A stretch of DNA of 64,000 nt from Prasinococcaceae sp. CCMP 1430 (GCA_013416795.1 RQSC01000308.1:1-64000); one strand, 5' to 3'; shown: positions 52,876-64,000, numbered from the stretch's first letter. The notes: generated by a model from the letters alone, not told the origin. Numbers and translations: made by a program.

Positions 52876-53346
52876 AACAAACCTGTCTTCATGCGCTGCT
52901 CTTGTATATACCATTGTTTGCACACGTTCGCCTCAGGCTCGGGCGCACGAGCGTCCGCTCTTAGTCCCGCCAGCGAGCGCGCCTGGCCGTGTGCGCCACT
53001 GGTTGCTGGCCGATAGGATTATTTACGTACGCTGCGAGAGGCCAACTCGGATGCCTCTGACGCGCAAACTGGCGCGCGGTGGTGGCAGCGCCCGCTCGCC
53101 GCCTCTGCATTCGCCGGCGTCCGCCTGCCCCTCTCTCGCTCTCAGACTGGTCTTGGAAGACCGAATATGTAGGTCTCAGGGGAATGAGATGTCATTAGTG
53201 TCCTTGAGGATGGGATGGTTGTTGGGCGTGGACGCATTTCCGGGCGGGGATGCTTCAGAGCGAGGGCGCGCGCAAACGCAGGATAGTCGGGTTTGGGCAG
53301 TGGCAAGTGCCTTGGGACTGGCCCAGGTGGGCGGTGTGAGCCTCGC

Positions 53347-56211
53347 TCACATGTTTGAAGTGGGGCCCGGTGCGGCGCTCGCGACGGTGACCGGCGATAC
53401 AACACGTGTAGGCGCCACCGCCGCCGCTCCTACGTCCACCACAGTGTCGTAGACCGCAGGCACGGCCGCGTCGGACGCGCGCTGGCTGACAGGTGAGGCG
53501 AGGCGCGCTCCACGCTGCCCGAGTAGGCCGTCGATCATCTGCTGGGCTGCTGCAACCTGCACAAGCGTGCCAGTCATTTCGACCATGCGCTTGGTGGCCC
53601 CGGGGGTGGCCTCATGCATCTTGACGCGTGCGCCCGAGAGCTCGCGGACTTGTCGAATGTTAGAGCCGCCACGGCCGATGATTGAACCCGAGGCCGCAGC
53701 GGGCACCGCCACCGTGACGGTCACGACGTCGCTGCCCTCGTCGCCCACTTCTGGCGCAGCGTCAGCGGCCAGGCCCACACCGCGCAGCGCGGTGACGGTT
53801 TCGAGGCCGCGCGAGGCTGGCGCGCAACCGGCGTTCTGCACACCCTCAGGGGTGGTCGGCACCGCCGGCGTCGGCGCCGCGGCTTTGCGTGCACCGTCCC
53901 TCGCTGGGCTGGCGCGCAGGCGCGTCGAGATCTCATGGAGGGCGGCGCGGGCCGCCGGCAGCGTGCCGACAATCTGGACGAGCTCATCGCCGTGCAAAGC
54001 GAGCGACCACGGCACCTGCTCGGGCGGCAGTACCCGGATCTGTGCACTCGTCTCCTCGCGCATCTGCTGGATGATAGCACCGCGCTTGCCCAGAAGGCAG
54101 CCGATCTGCGACGCAGGCACCAGCAGTCGCGTCGTGGTGAGGTGTGTGTTGTCGCTTGCGAGGCCTCCTTCCCCTGTTCGTGCGTCATTGGCAGCGCCAG
54201 CACCAGCGCCGAGAGCAGCCTCCTTGGCCCCCTCACCATCGTGGTCATCTTCGTCGTCGTCTTCGTCGCCCTGCATGAGCCGCGTGTGAACGCGGAAGAG
54301 ACCTTCCTGCACGGCGCTGAACGGCATCTCGGCATCGTCTGGCGCTGAGATCACGATCACCCGCTCGTCGCAGCCGGAGACGTGACCGGTGATCTTGAAG
54401 CGCGCGCCGGTTTCCTCGCGCATTTGCTGCACGATAGACCCCCCCTTGCCAATTACCACGCCCACGCGCGACACGGGGCACAGGATACGGAAGCAGGCCT
54501 CGCCTGATCCCGCCGGCGGCAGCGAGTACAGCGCCGAGCCACCAGGGGAGGGGTGCGCGGAACTGCTGGGCTTGTGATGGGGCTGGTGGTGCGAGTGGTG
54601 GCTGTGGGATAGGTGTGGAAGCGGATAGCCCATGGCATCAACGGCATTCGCGGCGCTGTGGGCGGTGTGCATGCCCATGGACCTGCCCGCCCCGCCAGGG
54701 GCGACATGGTGGCCCTGCTGCTGCCTGTGGCCGTGCTGCGGCGGCGGCACGCCGGCCGCAGCGGCGAGTGCGGCAGTGCCCGTCTTCGGTGGGTTGGCCC
54801 GCAGAAGCTGTGTGATGTCCTGCAGTGCCGCGCGCACGCGACCCACCTCGCCCGACACTTGTAGCACGTCGTCGTCCTCCAACGCGTGCGCGTGCGGGAG
54901 CGGGTGCTGCTCGCGCGAGAGCACCCGGATATGGGCGCCGCTCTCCTGGCGCATGCGCTCAATCACCGAGCCACCCTTGCCCAGCAGGCAGCCGATCTGC
55001 GATGCTGGTACGATTAGGCGGGTGCAGGTCTTGTCCTCCTCGCTGGAGACGTCCTCACCGGATGTGGCATTGGCGCTCGCGGTGCCCTCCTCAGCGCCGG
55101 CATGCGGATGCAAGGCGCCGGGCGCTACCATGACGGCCGCTGCAGGAGGCACAAAGTTCGCAGCTGCGGCCGTAGCCGGCGCGGTCCCGGGAACGCCGGC
55201 AGCGGCGGGCACCGAAACGCCGCCGTCACCCTCCACGATGCGCGTGTGAATGCGGAAGAGCGCCTCCTGCGCCGCGCTCCAAGGCGCCTCAGGCTCGTCC
55301 ACCGCCGCGATGCCGATCACGCGCTCATCCATACCCTCCTTCGCCTCGCCGAGCTTGATGCGTGCCCCAGTCTCCTCTCGCAGCTGGCGGATGATACAAC
55401 CACCCTTGCCCAAGACGGAGCCGGCGCGCGAACTCGGGCAGAGCATGCGGAAGACCGTCTCCACCGGGGCAGGCGCCGCCGCCGCTGCTGGTGCCGCGAC
55501 CGCGGCATGCTGCGCCTCCGCGGCGAACGCCTGCAGCGCGGCGGCAGCCGCGACCGCCCCACCGTCCCCGAACGACCCAAGAGAGCCCAGCGAGGCCGAG
55601 CCCATGCCGTGGCCCATCATGTGCGCCGCGTGCGCGTGCTCAGGCGTTGGCTGGTACGTATGCTTCATCGCGCCCATGTCGGCCGACACGCCCGGAAAGT
55701 GGTATGCATGCGGCGGCGCAGCGGCGGCGTTGGCGACCGCAGCGAGCGATGCCGCGTGGTAGTGTTGGGCTTGTAGTTGCGCCTGCTGCTGCTGCGCGGC
55801 CTGCTGCTGCGCAGCGACAGCGGCCGCCGTGCTGAAGCCGTCCCAAGACACCTGCGGCGCTGGGACGCCTGCAGAGGCGGCCAGGGCCGCCGCAGAGTTT
55901 GCCGCCGCCGCTGCTGCCGCCGCTGCCGACGACGGCGATGAGGGCCCATGCCCGCCACTGTTACCGTCGCCATCGCCCACCACCCTAGCGTCGGCCATTG
56001 CACCCCCGTCAGCTACCCCCACCGCGCTTGCGGTCGGGACCTGCGGCACAGGGGCGGCTGCCGGGGCTTGCGCTGCCGCCTGCCCTGCCACTGGCGATGT
56101 CACGGCCGCTGGCGCCGCCGGCGCCCCCGCGGGAGCAGCAGCGCCGTCGCCGCCGAGTCCGGCAAACTGCGCGCTTAACACGGCGGGGTCAAAGCCCGCC
56201 GCCGCCTCCAT
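53347..56211 (-). CDS. Five-KH-domain RNA-binding protein (HEN4/RCF3-like)
   Basis: Five GxxG loops: VLGKGGCII, LLGKGGSVI, VIGKGGSIV, LLGKRGAII, IIGRGGSNI. Paired KH1/KH3 and KH2/KH4 pattern. ATG at 56211. Confidence 0.88.
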   Translation of the reverse strand: MEAAAGFDPAVLSAQFAGLGGDGAAAPAGAPAAPAAVTSPVAGQAAAQAPAAAPVPQVPTASAVGVADGGAMADARVVGDGDGNSGGHGPSSPSSAAAAAAAAANSAAALAASAGVPAPQVSWDGFSTAAAVAAQQQAAQQQQAQLQAQHYHAASLAAVANAAAAPPHAYHFPGVSADMGAMKHTYQPTPEHAHAAHMMGHGMGSASLGSLGSFGDGGAVAAAAALQAFAAEAQHAAVAAPAAAAAPAPVETVFRMLCPSSRAGSVLGKGGCIIRQLREETGARIKLGEAKEGMDERVIGIAAVDEPEAPWSAAQEALFRIHTRIVEGDGGVSVPAAAGVPGTAPATAAAANFVPPAAAVMVAPGALHPHAGAEEGTASANATSGEDVSSEEDKTCTRLIVPASQIGCLLGKGGSVIERMRQESGAHIRVLSREQHPLPHAHALEDDDVLQVSGEVGRVRAALQDITQLLRANPPKTGTAALAAAAGVPPPQHGHRQQQGHHVAPGGAGRSMGMHTAHSAANAVDAMGYPLPHLSHSHHSHHQPHHKPSSSAHPSPGGSALYSLPPAGSGEACFRILCPVSRVGVVIGKGGSIVQQMREETGARFKITGHVSGCDERVIVISAPDDAEMPFSAVQEGLFRVHTRLMQGDEDDDEDDHDGEGAKEAALGAGAGAANDARTGEGGLASDNTHLTTTRLLVPASQIGCLLGKRGAIIQQMREETSAQIRVLPPEQVPWSLALHGDELVQIVGTLPAARAALHEISTRLRASPARDGARKAAAPTPAVPTTPEGVQNAGCAPASRGLETVTALRGVGLAADAAPEVGDEGSDVVTVTVAVPAAASGSIIGRGGSNIRQVRELSGARVKMHEATPGATKRMVEMTGTLVQVAAAQQMIDGLLGQRGARLASPVSQRASDAAVPAVYDTVVDVGAAAVAPTRVVSPVTVASAAPGPTSNM

Positions 56212-56338
56212 CACCCGCAGCGCGCCCGTTCTGGCCCCGTCCTGCCCCGCCGCCCTCGCTGCGCCCGCCCCCCAAAGGACTCCGATCGCGCGACCGATCG
56301 CGCGCCGCACACCAGCGCGACGACCGCTGCCCTCCCTT

Positions 56339-56339
<1 letters not shown>

Positions 56340-56385
<46 letters not shown>
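56340..56385. repeat. Poly-C run, 46 nt (poly-G on the KH-gene sense strand)
   Basis: Homopolymer 129 nt upstream of the KH-gene ATG. Confidence 0.9.
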
Positions 56386-56854
56386 ACGGACCCGTCCGCG
56401 CGGCGCGCGCGGGCGAACGCGCGGCCCGCGGCGCGACGGACCAATGGGCACGCCGACCTGGATCTGATTTTATTCAGCTTATATTGGCCATCGATTTTTT
56501 TTTCGCCGCGCGACACGCTCCCTTATTGCAGTCGTTGTTCGCGTGCCGCCCGTGCACCCCTGCGTGGCCCGCCGTCGGCGAGCAGTGGCTGCCGCTCGAG
56601 TCGCCGGGTGGCCTCGTGCCAGAGCTCGCGGCGGGGTGCGGGGCAATCTTCGGGCCCACAAGCGCGGCCCTCGCCCCCAAGCCGGCGCGGATCTGAGCGC
56701 AACGGTGGGGGCCGCATTTGTAACGGTGTTTCACTCGCACGTGCATGCGCTTTCTCACACGCGGGCCGTCGCCCTGCTGCAGATGGTGCTGGGCGCACAG
56801 CGCGTGCGCGAGCTCGGCCCCTCGGCATCGCTCGTGCAACTATGCTCCCCACGT

Positions 56855-57808
56855 TTATAGCGCAAGCTTGCCAGCATTGGGGGCAGCGCCACTTGTGGTT
56901 CCCTCCTCCCCTGTGAGCGCACATGCGCTACCCCCGTCGTCGCCCGCCTCGCCCTCCGCACACTCGACACCACCCCAGCGCTGCGCGGCGCGCGCGCAAT
57001 TAAACTGCGGCTTGCCAAGCGCCGCATTGACGCGGTTGTGCGCAGCGCATGCCCACGCGCGCAGCGCGGGGCCGCTCGTCACGTCTGGGGGGAGCTCTGC
57101 AGCGCCCAGCACCCAGCGGGCGTTCGTGCGCGGTGCGCCCGGGGAGCGCGGTGCGAGTTCGTCAGCGCAAATGAATCACACGAGCGATCGCGCGCCAGCA
57201 ACAGCTCATGAGCGCGCACAGCATTTCGCTCCCACTCGCCGCAGCTGGTACGCACCTTTGAGTAGCTCACCAAAGTGTTTGGCGCAGTGTGCGCACGGAT
57301 ACACATGCTGCAGCGCTAGGATGAATTCTTTGGCTGCTCGCCGCTGGGCGCGCGTCGGCGCGTCGGGCCACTGTGCAGCCATCGTGTGCAGCAACAGCCA
57401 GGTCGCCTGCCCGAGTTCCTCCCGGCTCACGCGCCCGCCGCCTCCATCCCCGTCTCCGCCCCCTTCTCCACCATCACCGCCACCTGTGGCATATATTGTG
57501 CTGCTGTGACTGCCTTCGTCGCCAGGTGCGACGCCGATGTCGGGCTCGGCAACAGCGGTAGCAGCATCAGTGCCGCCGCCAGAGCCGGCACCCTCGTCTT
57601 CAGCAGCGTCGCCATCGCCCCCCATGCGGCTAGCTGCGCCGCCGGCGCACGCCGCCGGGGCCGTCACGAGCGCCGCTGCGCCGGCGCCCACCACGATCGC
57701 GGCGGCGCTCCGCCGTGCACGTCGTGCATGCCGCGGCTGTCGACCGTGCGGCAGCACGTGCACGCGAGCCCCGAGCCAGCGCGGGGGCACGCCTCCAGCA
57801 GACGCCAT
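56855..57808 (-). CDS. ERV1: Erv1/Erv2/ALR FAD-dependent sulfhydryl oxidase (intron 57097-57255)
   Basis: VSREELGQATWLLLHTMAAQWP, YPCAHCAKHF (CxxC), WACAAHNRVNAALGKPQFNC, and a C-terminal Cys pair. Confidence 0.9.
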
Positions 57809-57982
57809 TGTCCTTCCCCTCAAGGAGCGCCGGAGCGCGTACGCACCCGTTGACGTGCGACACGGCGCGGCGCGCACACAGTGGCGCGCGGCGCGCGCAC
57901 AGTGGCGCACGCACGTCACGGGCAACCAGTAAAAAATTAAATTCATTCATTATCCGCCACACGCGCATCGCCCCGCCAGCCT

Positions 57983-59389
57983 TCACCCGAGCGCCGAGAG
58001 CCACCCCCAAACGCCGCCAACTGAGCTCGCATGCGGAGAGGGCGGGGGCGGGCTGGGCGGCGACGCTACGACGTGACCCATCGACTCGTGCCAAGCTGTG
58101 TGCGCCTCCTCGGTCGCAACCACGAGATCCTCGGGCCGGTACGGCACCACAAGCTCCATCACCGTGTTTGCCGTGCCCGCGACCATGCCGAGCGTGCCGA
58201 CCAGGATGAGCACAGCATCGGCGGCGAGCTCCCATCGCGTCATGCGCTTGACGCCCACCACCTTGATGTGCAGCACCGCCGGCAGAATAAATGCCAGGCT
58301 GCCGCAGCACACCGACCCCACCAGCGAAATAAAAATTGAGAAGCCGGGCACGAACATCGCTGTGAGCACCAGCAACCCAACCACCGCCACTCGTCGAAAC
58401 GACGCGGCGTGCGCGTTTGCCGCCTCAGCCGCCTCCTCTTTCACTTTCACCTCCTCCATGTCCTCTGGAAGGAGCTTGTAGTTTGCCTGCGCGCGCTCCA
58501 AGATTTCCCAGACCGGCACCATCATCACCGGAAAGGTGAATAGCAAGCCTATCGACATGCTCACCTTAACCGCCGCCGTCAAACCGTCGTCAGGCATGTT
58601 CAGTGTCACGATGTCGTTGGTGTCATCACCGAACGCCGCGTAACCGATGGCGCCAAAAGCGATGAAGAGCATGGTGATGATGCTCAGTGCGATCGTGAGC
58701 GTGCTAACGAACTTCTCGGGCTCTGCCATCGAGCTCTCGAGCGGCAGCATCATGCCGATACCCTCGAAGCAGTAGATGAAGACGCCGAAGAGGAAGGGCA
58801 GCGTGCCGATGTTTGACCATTCCGAGCGCTCGAGCGTGTCCGCACTGAGCACCGCCGCGATGTCGTTGCGAAATATGACGACGAGCCCGAACAGGTTGAG
58901 CACGTCGGCGACGAGCGAGAAGGGCGCGAGGCGCGTGAGGCTCTTCACGAGGCTCAGTGAGACCAGCGCCGGCACCATCGCAAAGATGAAGCTCGAGGGG
59001 GGCCACGCGCTTATGCTGGACAGATTCTTCCCGATGAAGACGAGGTACGCCACGCAGAAGCCCGTCTGCGAGAGCACGAGCAGCGTGTTGACCACCGTGC
59101 GCCCCGCCTGGCCGAGCGCGGCCGCGGCGACGTCGCCATACGTCGCGCACGCCTCGTGGCGCACCTCCACCAGGAAGCGGCGCGTGCGCACGAGTGTCAG
59201 GATCGCCCACCACGACAGCACCGCGATAAATATGAGGAAGAGCGCGCCCTCGACGGTGCCGCTCTTGCGGAACGCGAACGGCAGGCCGAGCATGCCCGCG
59301 CCAATGAAGGCGATAAAAATGTTCGACAGCGTCTTCCCGACCGAGCTCTTGGCGCCTCCGGGCGCCGCGCCATGGCCGCCCTTGCCCAT
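57983..59389 (-). CDS. Amino acid/auxin permease family transporter (AVT3/ANT1-like)
   Basis: TLSNIFIAFIGAGMLGLPFAF, SQTGFCVAYLVFI, YCFEGIGMMLPLESSM, GYAAFGDDTNDIVTLN, FTFPVMMVP, SLVGSVCCGSLAFILPA. Confidence 0.92.
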   Translation of the reverse strand: MGKGGHGAAPGGAKSSVGKTLSNIFIAFIGAGMLGLPFAFRKSGTVEGALFLIFIAVLSWWAILTLVRTRRFLVEVRHEACATYGDVAAAALGQAGRTVVNTLLVLSQTGFCVAYLVFIGKNLSSISAWPPSSFIFAMVPALVSLSLVKSLTRLAPFSLVADVLNLFGLVVIFRNDIAAVLSADTLERSEWSNIGTLPFLFGVFIYCFEGIGMMLPLESSMAEPEKFVSTLTIALSIITMLFIAFGAIGYAAFGDDTNDIVTLNMPDDGLTAAVKVSMSIGLLFTFPVMMVPVWEILERAQANYKLLPEDMEEVKVKEEAAEAANAHAASFRRVAVVGLLVLTAMFVPGFSIFISLVGSVCCGSLAFILPAVLHIKVVGVKRMTRWELAADAVLILVGTLGMVAGTANTVMELVVPYRPEDLVVATEEAHTAWHESMGHVVASPPSPPPPSPHASSVGGVWGWLSALG

Positions 59390-60782
59390 CGCGCGGGCGC
59401 GAGGCTCCGTTTCTTCCCCGCCGCCACCCGCCGCCGCCCCTGGGAGGGGGCGGTGGTCCCTGGGGTGGGCGAGCGCGCCCCGCGGCCGAGCGCGCGCTCT
59501 GTGGCGGCGGGCATTTTGCGCGCCAACAGCAGTGACCGCGCCGCTCTTTGTACCGCGCCGCCGGCCTCCCAATTCGCGGCCTGAAATTTCGTCCGCGGCG
59601 CGGGCGCGACGCGCACCCCGCGCGTCCAAAAAAAAAACGCCCCTCCGTCGCGCACTCCGGCCGGTCGCGGGGCGGCTGTTGGCGTTGGCACTTCCGCGCG
59701 GCTGGCTCGAAAGCCTCCATCGACCGATCGGTGTCAGCCCGTCCCTCAGCCAGGAGTTCAAAACGCACTCAATCAAACGGAAGCATCGCCAAAGGCCAAA
59801 ACTCCCCACGAGTGAGTTCCGAAGCCGAACCAGATCCAGCCGGCGCCCGCGCCGCGCGCCGCGCGCGCCGGGGTCGACGCTGGACCCGGGCGTAGATCCG
59901 CCTGGCGGGGGACACGACACCCATAATCGATCGATCAATCTCAATCAGCCGACACCAATCGAATGGCCGAAGAGCACAACCGCGCTCGCACAGCACCAGC
60001 CAACAAACAAATGACCCGTCACTATCAATCCAAGCTCGCGGAAAGTGTCTATGAGTAGCGCGGGTAAAACTGGGCGCCCTGGCGAAGCGGCGCGCGCTGG
60101 AACGATTTTTAGCCGGGCGTACATCCGCGTGGCGAGGCGAACGATTTTTTTGGAGACCTCTGCACGGTAAATCGCGACCATTGGCAGGGTGGCGATATCT
60201 CTCGCCGGCGCGGCGCGCGCGCGCGCGCATGCGAAGAGACCTGCGGCGGTGGGTTTTGATGGGGAGATCTGATCTCCGGGCCGCGGCCGCGCGGCTGCTG
60301 CGGCCGCTGCGGGGCGGCGGCGGGCCAGAGCGCGAGTGCCGCGCGCGCCGGGGCCGGCGAGCGCGCCGGGCGCGAGCCCCCAATGCGCGCGTCGCAGGCA
60401 GCTGCTGCAGTCTTCAAGAAGACCGGCGGGCTCGTGTGGAAGGTGCGCCCCACGCGCGTGCGCGCAGGCGCGCGCTCCGGCGCGTAGGGCCAGCGGGTGG
60501 TGGCGGTGGCGGCGGTGCGCGCACGTGAGGCACCCGCGCCCCGGGACTCAAGAGCGGCCACGCTAACGCGCCCTTTTGCGCCTCTCGCGCGCACGCGCGC
60601 TCGCAGACCATCCCGAACACGCAGACGCGCAAGGCGAATCGCCGCCGCGCCATCACTGAGACGAACGAAGTGCGCCGGCGGTGCGGCGAGGCGCTCAAGA
60701 GCTGGTGGGCGGCGCAGCAGACGGCCTCGCCAGGCGCGGCGGCCAGCGCCGCGGCTGCCACCCCAAAGCCGCGGTAGTGCCG

Positions 60783-60883
60783 ATGGCGCCACGCGTGGCA
60801 TCAGCGACGCGGGCAGTGGGGCGGGCGCGGCTGGCACGTGATGTTGGGCGAGCGCAGCGGGCGGCGGCCGCTGCGCGGGATGG

Positions 60884-60914
<31 letters not shown>

Positions 60915-61883
60915 CCATGGTGGCAACAATACGCGGCCAAGGGCGCGCGCGACGCTAAGCCGAAGCGTGTGCAGTTCGGTGTTGGTGGCCGCGCCCGCGC
61001 GAAGGCAGCGCGGCCGGAGGGAGGGAAGCCGCTGAGCGAGTACATGTCCCTTAGCTTCGACGACTACAACCTGCTCGATCCCGAGCTGATCTCGCGCGTG
61101 GACCTTTCCGAGCCGCTGGCATCCGATGCCGAGGAGGCTGCCATGTTCCGCTTCACGCTGCCGCTGGATACGCTCGTCCAGATGCCATGCAGGCCCGAGA
61201 TGGACGTGCTTGCGGAGCGGCTGTGTGATGAGAAGGGCCTGCGATTGTCGTGCCTTCGCGCGACCATCACCGGTGATGTGGCGCCCCTTGCGGAGCTACC
61301 GGCGCCCGCCGTCGAGGATGAAGAGCGCGGTGGCGGGCCGGTCGACGCCATCACCCCAGGCGAGACGGCCACGGTGGAATCCGCGGGCGCGAAAGCAGCC
61401 GGAGCTGACGAGAAGACCGACTCGACGCCGGGTGGCCGAGGTGCGGAGAGCAAGCTCGAGGTCTGGCAGCCACCCGATAGCGGCGAGTCGGATGGCGAGC
61501 AAGCTCCCGGGAGCGAAGCGGCGCCGGGAAGGATGTCCGACCCCGTCCTGCGCAGGCGCATCGCAGACTTTGACGAGGCGTTCGAGCTGGATTGGTCGGT
61601 GCACATCGAGTGGGGCGAGAGCCACCTTCGAAGCAGGCTCAGATCGAGCTGCGCCGTGCTCGTGCCCCCGCCCTTCTCGGCGCCGCCGCGGCCGCTCATC
61701 GGCGGCGCGCTCACGGCAGCCGGCCGCACCGTGGTTGGCATCCTGCTTCCGCGCGTGCTGCAGGAGGTCGCGCGCGACTACCAGCGCTGGGCGCTGGGCG
61801 GCGAGCGCGTAGCGCGCAGCGGCGCGCTCACCGAAAGCGAGATGCTGCAGCAGAACTCGCAGCTCAGCAAGCCCGGCCGGTAA
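60783..61883 (+). CDS. DUF1997-like (SRPBCC-type) protein with a transit-peptide-like N-terminus
   Basis: LSEYMSLSFDDYNLLDPELISRV..FRFTLP, and C-terminal ILLPRVLQEVARDYQRWA, typical of DUF1997 as I recall it. Confidence 0.65.
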
Positions 61884-61969
61884 CGATTTTCCACCCATGT
61901 TCTCCCACGCAGCAGCCACCACCCTTTCAAAGCATCCCCACATTAACTTACACTGGGCGCCTCGCTGCC

Positions 61970-63364
61970 TCATGCCGAAACTGCCTCCGCTGCGGCGTCC
62001 TCGAGTATGCGGTTGGCCGTGATGGCCGCGCTCATGAGCACGAGCGGCACGCCGTTGCCTGGCCGAGTGGACGCGCCGACGAAGTACAGCCCATGCACGT
62101 CCTCGTCGGCGATGGGCCCATTCTCCGGCCGGAAGTACGCGAGCTGCGGCAGGCCGTGCGCCAGGCCGAACGCGGCGCCGTACTTGAGGTTGTACATCTT
62201 TTCCCACACGGCCGGCGTGTACACGAACTCGTTGGCGATGGCGTCGCGCACGCTCACGTCCTCGCCGCCGCCCACCGGCGTCACTCTGACGCCTGCCTCG
62301 TCCAGCCGGCGCAGGATGGCCTCGCGCCCACTCTCGACCATCGCGTCCCAGTCCACCTTGCCCGCGGCGGTGCCGTTGCCCGCCACCTCCTGCGCGTTGC
62401 CCACGGGCAGCAGCACCATCACACTCTCGCAGCCCTCCGGCGCGCACGTCTCGTCTGTGTGGGCGGGCTTGTGCACGTAGAAGTTGGGCTTCGGGCACCT
62501 GCCGCTGGCGGCAATGTCACCCGCCTGCGTGGCGCGCTGCCACGCCTCCTTGGGGTCGTCGCTCAGGAAGATCGAGTGGTGCAGCAGCTCGCTGCACTTG
62601 CCACTCACACTCCAGTTGAATGAGATGACGCCCGCGCTGTACTCCTTGCGCTCCAGCTCAGCGCTGCGCTGCCGCGCGAGTTCGCCCTCGACGAGGTCGT
62701 CGTACACGTAAGGAACGTCCGGGTTGGCCACCACCACGTCGGCCGCCACGAAGTCACCAGACTCGAGCTCGACCCCCTTGGCTGCGCCGCCCTCCACCAC
62801 CACGCGCTTCACCGGCGCGCTGGTGCGAATCTCCACCCCCGCCTTGCGCGCTGCGTCCGCGAGCCCGTCGCGCATGCGCTGGAAGCCGCCGACAGGATAC
62901 CACACTCCGTCGGTGAGCTCGGTGCCCGCGAGCAGCGAGAACGCGCCAGGAGCGTTGTAGGGCGAGAGGCCCACGTACAGATCCTGGAAGGTGAACAGCG
63001 AGCGCAGCTTCTCGCTCTTGAAGAAGGCGCGCAGCGCGAGGTCGTGCGGCAGCACGAGCTGCCACGGCGGCACCTTCGCGAGCAGCGGCGCGGCGATGGA
63101 CGGGTCGGCCATCGCCTGCAGCGACTTCATGTCATTCTCGATGATGCCGCCGCCGATCTGGAACATGGCGCGCGCCTTCGCCAGCCACTCGAGGTACGCG
63201 AGCCCCGCACCGGGCTCGACGTCATCGAGCTGCTTGCTCATCTCATTGACGTCATACTTGAGGTCGAGCGCGTCGCCGTCGCCGAAGAACACGCGGTACG
63301 CCGGATCAACCTTGCGCAGCTCGGTGGGAAGGTCCATGCCAAGCGCCTCGAAGGCCTCCTCGTA
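61970..63364 (-). CDS. crtI: CrtI-family (bacterial/fungal-type) phytoene desaturase; 5' exon(s) with the FAD-binding motif not located
   Basis: Acceptor ccccgcag|TAC at 63364. Then VDPAYRVFF, FTFQDLYVGLSPYNAPGAFSLL..TELTDGVWYPVGG, PNFYVHKPAHTDETCAPEGCE, GAAFGLAH.L.QLAYFRP, LYFVGASTRPGNGVPLVLMSA. Confidence 0.82.
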   Translation of the reverse strand, partial: YEEAFEALGMDLPTELRKVDPAYRVFFGDGDALDLKYDVNEMSKQLDDVEPGAGLAYLEWLAKARAMFQIGGGIIENDMKSLQAMADPSIAAPLLAKVPPWQLVLPHDLALRAFFKSEKLRSLFTFQDLYVGLSPYNAPGAFSLLAGTELTDGVWYPVGGFQRMRDGLADAARKAGVEIRTSAPVKRVVVEGGAAKGVELESGDFVAADVVVANPDVPYVYDDLVEGELARQRSAELERKEYSAGVISFNWSVSGKCSELLHHSIFLSDDPKEAWQRATQAGDIAASGRCPKPNFYVHKPAHTDETCAPEGCESVMVLLPVGNAQEVAGNGTAAGKVDWDAMVESGREAILRRLDEAGVRVTPVGGGEDVSVRDAIANEFVYTPAVWEKMYNLKYGAAFGLAHGLPQLAYFRPENGPIADEDVHGLYFVGASTRPGNGVPLVLMSAAITANRILEDAAAEAVSA

Positions 63365-63657
63365 CTGCGGGGCAGGCGGGCCACGAGGGTGATGCGCATG
63401 GGGGCGCGCGCGCGTCAGCCCGCGCACGAGAAGTGCGCTCACAGCGAAGTGCTGCTCTGCGTGCGCGCGTCGTCGCGCGCGCAGGATCGGCCCGCGCCCC
63501 CGAGCGCCATGCGCGCGAGCTCCCGCGCAGAGGCTGGGCGCGGAGCGAGGGCCGCCGGCCCAGTCTCGCTCGCCCCGCTCCCCCTGCCAGCGGGACCCCG
63601 CCTGTGCGCATCGCCCGCGCACCCGGCGCGCCGCGAGCTTCCGCGCGGCGCCGCGCN

Positions 63658-64000
63658 TCGTGTACACGAGGAAGCTATTTGCGTGAGCGACCATGCCCTT
63701 GCCACACCCCTTTTGATTCGGCCCGCAGGTGCAAGAGCTGCTCACAGAGGCATTGCCCGGCAGGCAAGGCGGTCGAAAGTGCCCGTTGCGCGCAAATACC
63801 AGCGCCTCCTCGAACCGACGAGTATAGCCGTCGGGGTGAGATGGCAACACCTTGGCTTCGTGGTTCAAGAACTCCACCTTTTCTGTATCAGGACGCTGCG
63901 CAATCACCGCCGCCAGCACCGTCGGCAGAGCGAATGCTGCCGACGCAGGGGTGTCAACGGGCCTCGGCAGGGCGTCTGCGGCCAGTGGCTCGGCGGCTGA
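63658..64000 (-). CDS. Partial ORF of a probably unrelated gene beyond the single-N junction
   Basis: Frame is open from the window end to the N at 63657. Less GC-rich, Cys-rich (CTCGPNQKGCGKG), and no CrtI motifs. Confidence 0.35.

Noticed and set aside
52379-53452. ORFs spanning the (AC)-rich tract (THTHT/CVCV translations)
   Set aside because: These are translations of a microsatellite lying between two convergent 3' ends.
37944-57808. A thiol-redox gene cluster (DsbD, Erv oxidase, plus cytochrome b5 reductase and Canopy elsewhere in the window)
   Set aside because: The genes are 6-30 kb apart among unrelated housekeeping genes, so nothing suggests more than chance co-location.
61970-63919. 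The 649-aa ORF-track protein as a single CrtI fusion
   Set aside because: It reads through an intron-like segment (acceptor at 63365) and a single N at 63657 that may be a contig join. The part beyond the N has different composition and no CrtI motifs.

Overview
Gene-dense nuclear DNA from a eukaryote with very high GC. Short spliceosomal introns have GT(G/A)CG-type donors and (C/T)AG acceptors. Plant-type genes (plastid-type MRS2, argJ, a 5-KH HEN4-like protein, DUF1279, DUF1997) point to a green alga, probably prasinophyte-grade; the taxon is my inference. About 30 protein-coding genes are recognisable, mostly housekeeping: UTP20, U2SURP, cyclophilin, PDH E1-alpha, VPS2, Pol alpha, NAA40, an Erv-type oxidase, cytochrome b5 reductase and an amino-acid permease. 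I found no rRNA, tRNA, CRISPR array or transposon. Four assembly gaps (9015, 30170-30179, 43377-43701, 63657) hide several gene starts. Two loci stand out. (1) A secretory-targeted three-domain DsbD whose first catalytic transmembrane hairpin (TM1-TM2, SPCVYP) has moved to a final exon after the thioredoxin domain, giving a permutation that preserves topology. (2) A RuBisCO-like protein fused to a cupin, matching the two consecutive enzymes of the Rhodospirillum rubrum MTA-isoprenoid shunt. Also notable are a bacterial/fungal-type CrtI, a Pol alpha C-terminal domain lacking its Zn-binding cysteines, and long sense-strand poly-G tracts in front of three genes. All family assignments come from motif recognition, not database searches.
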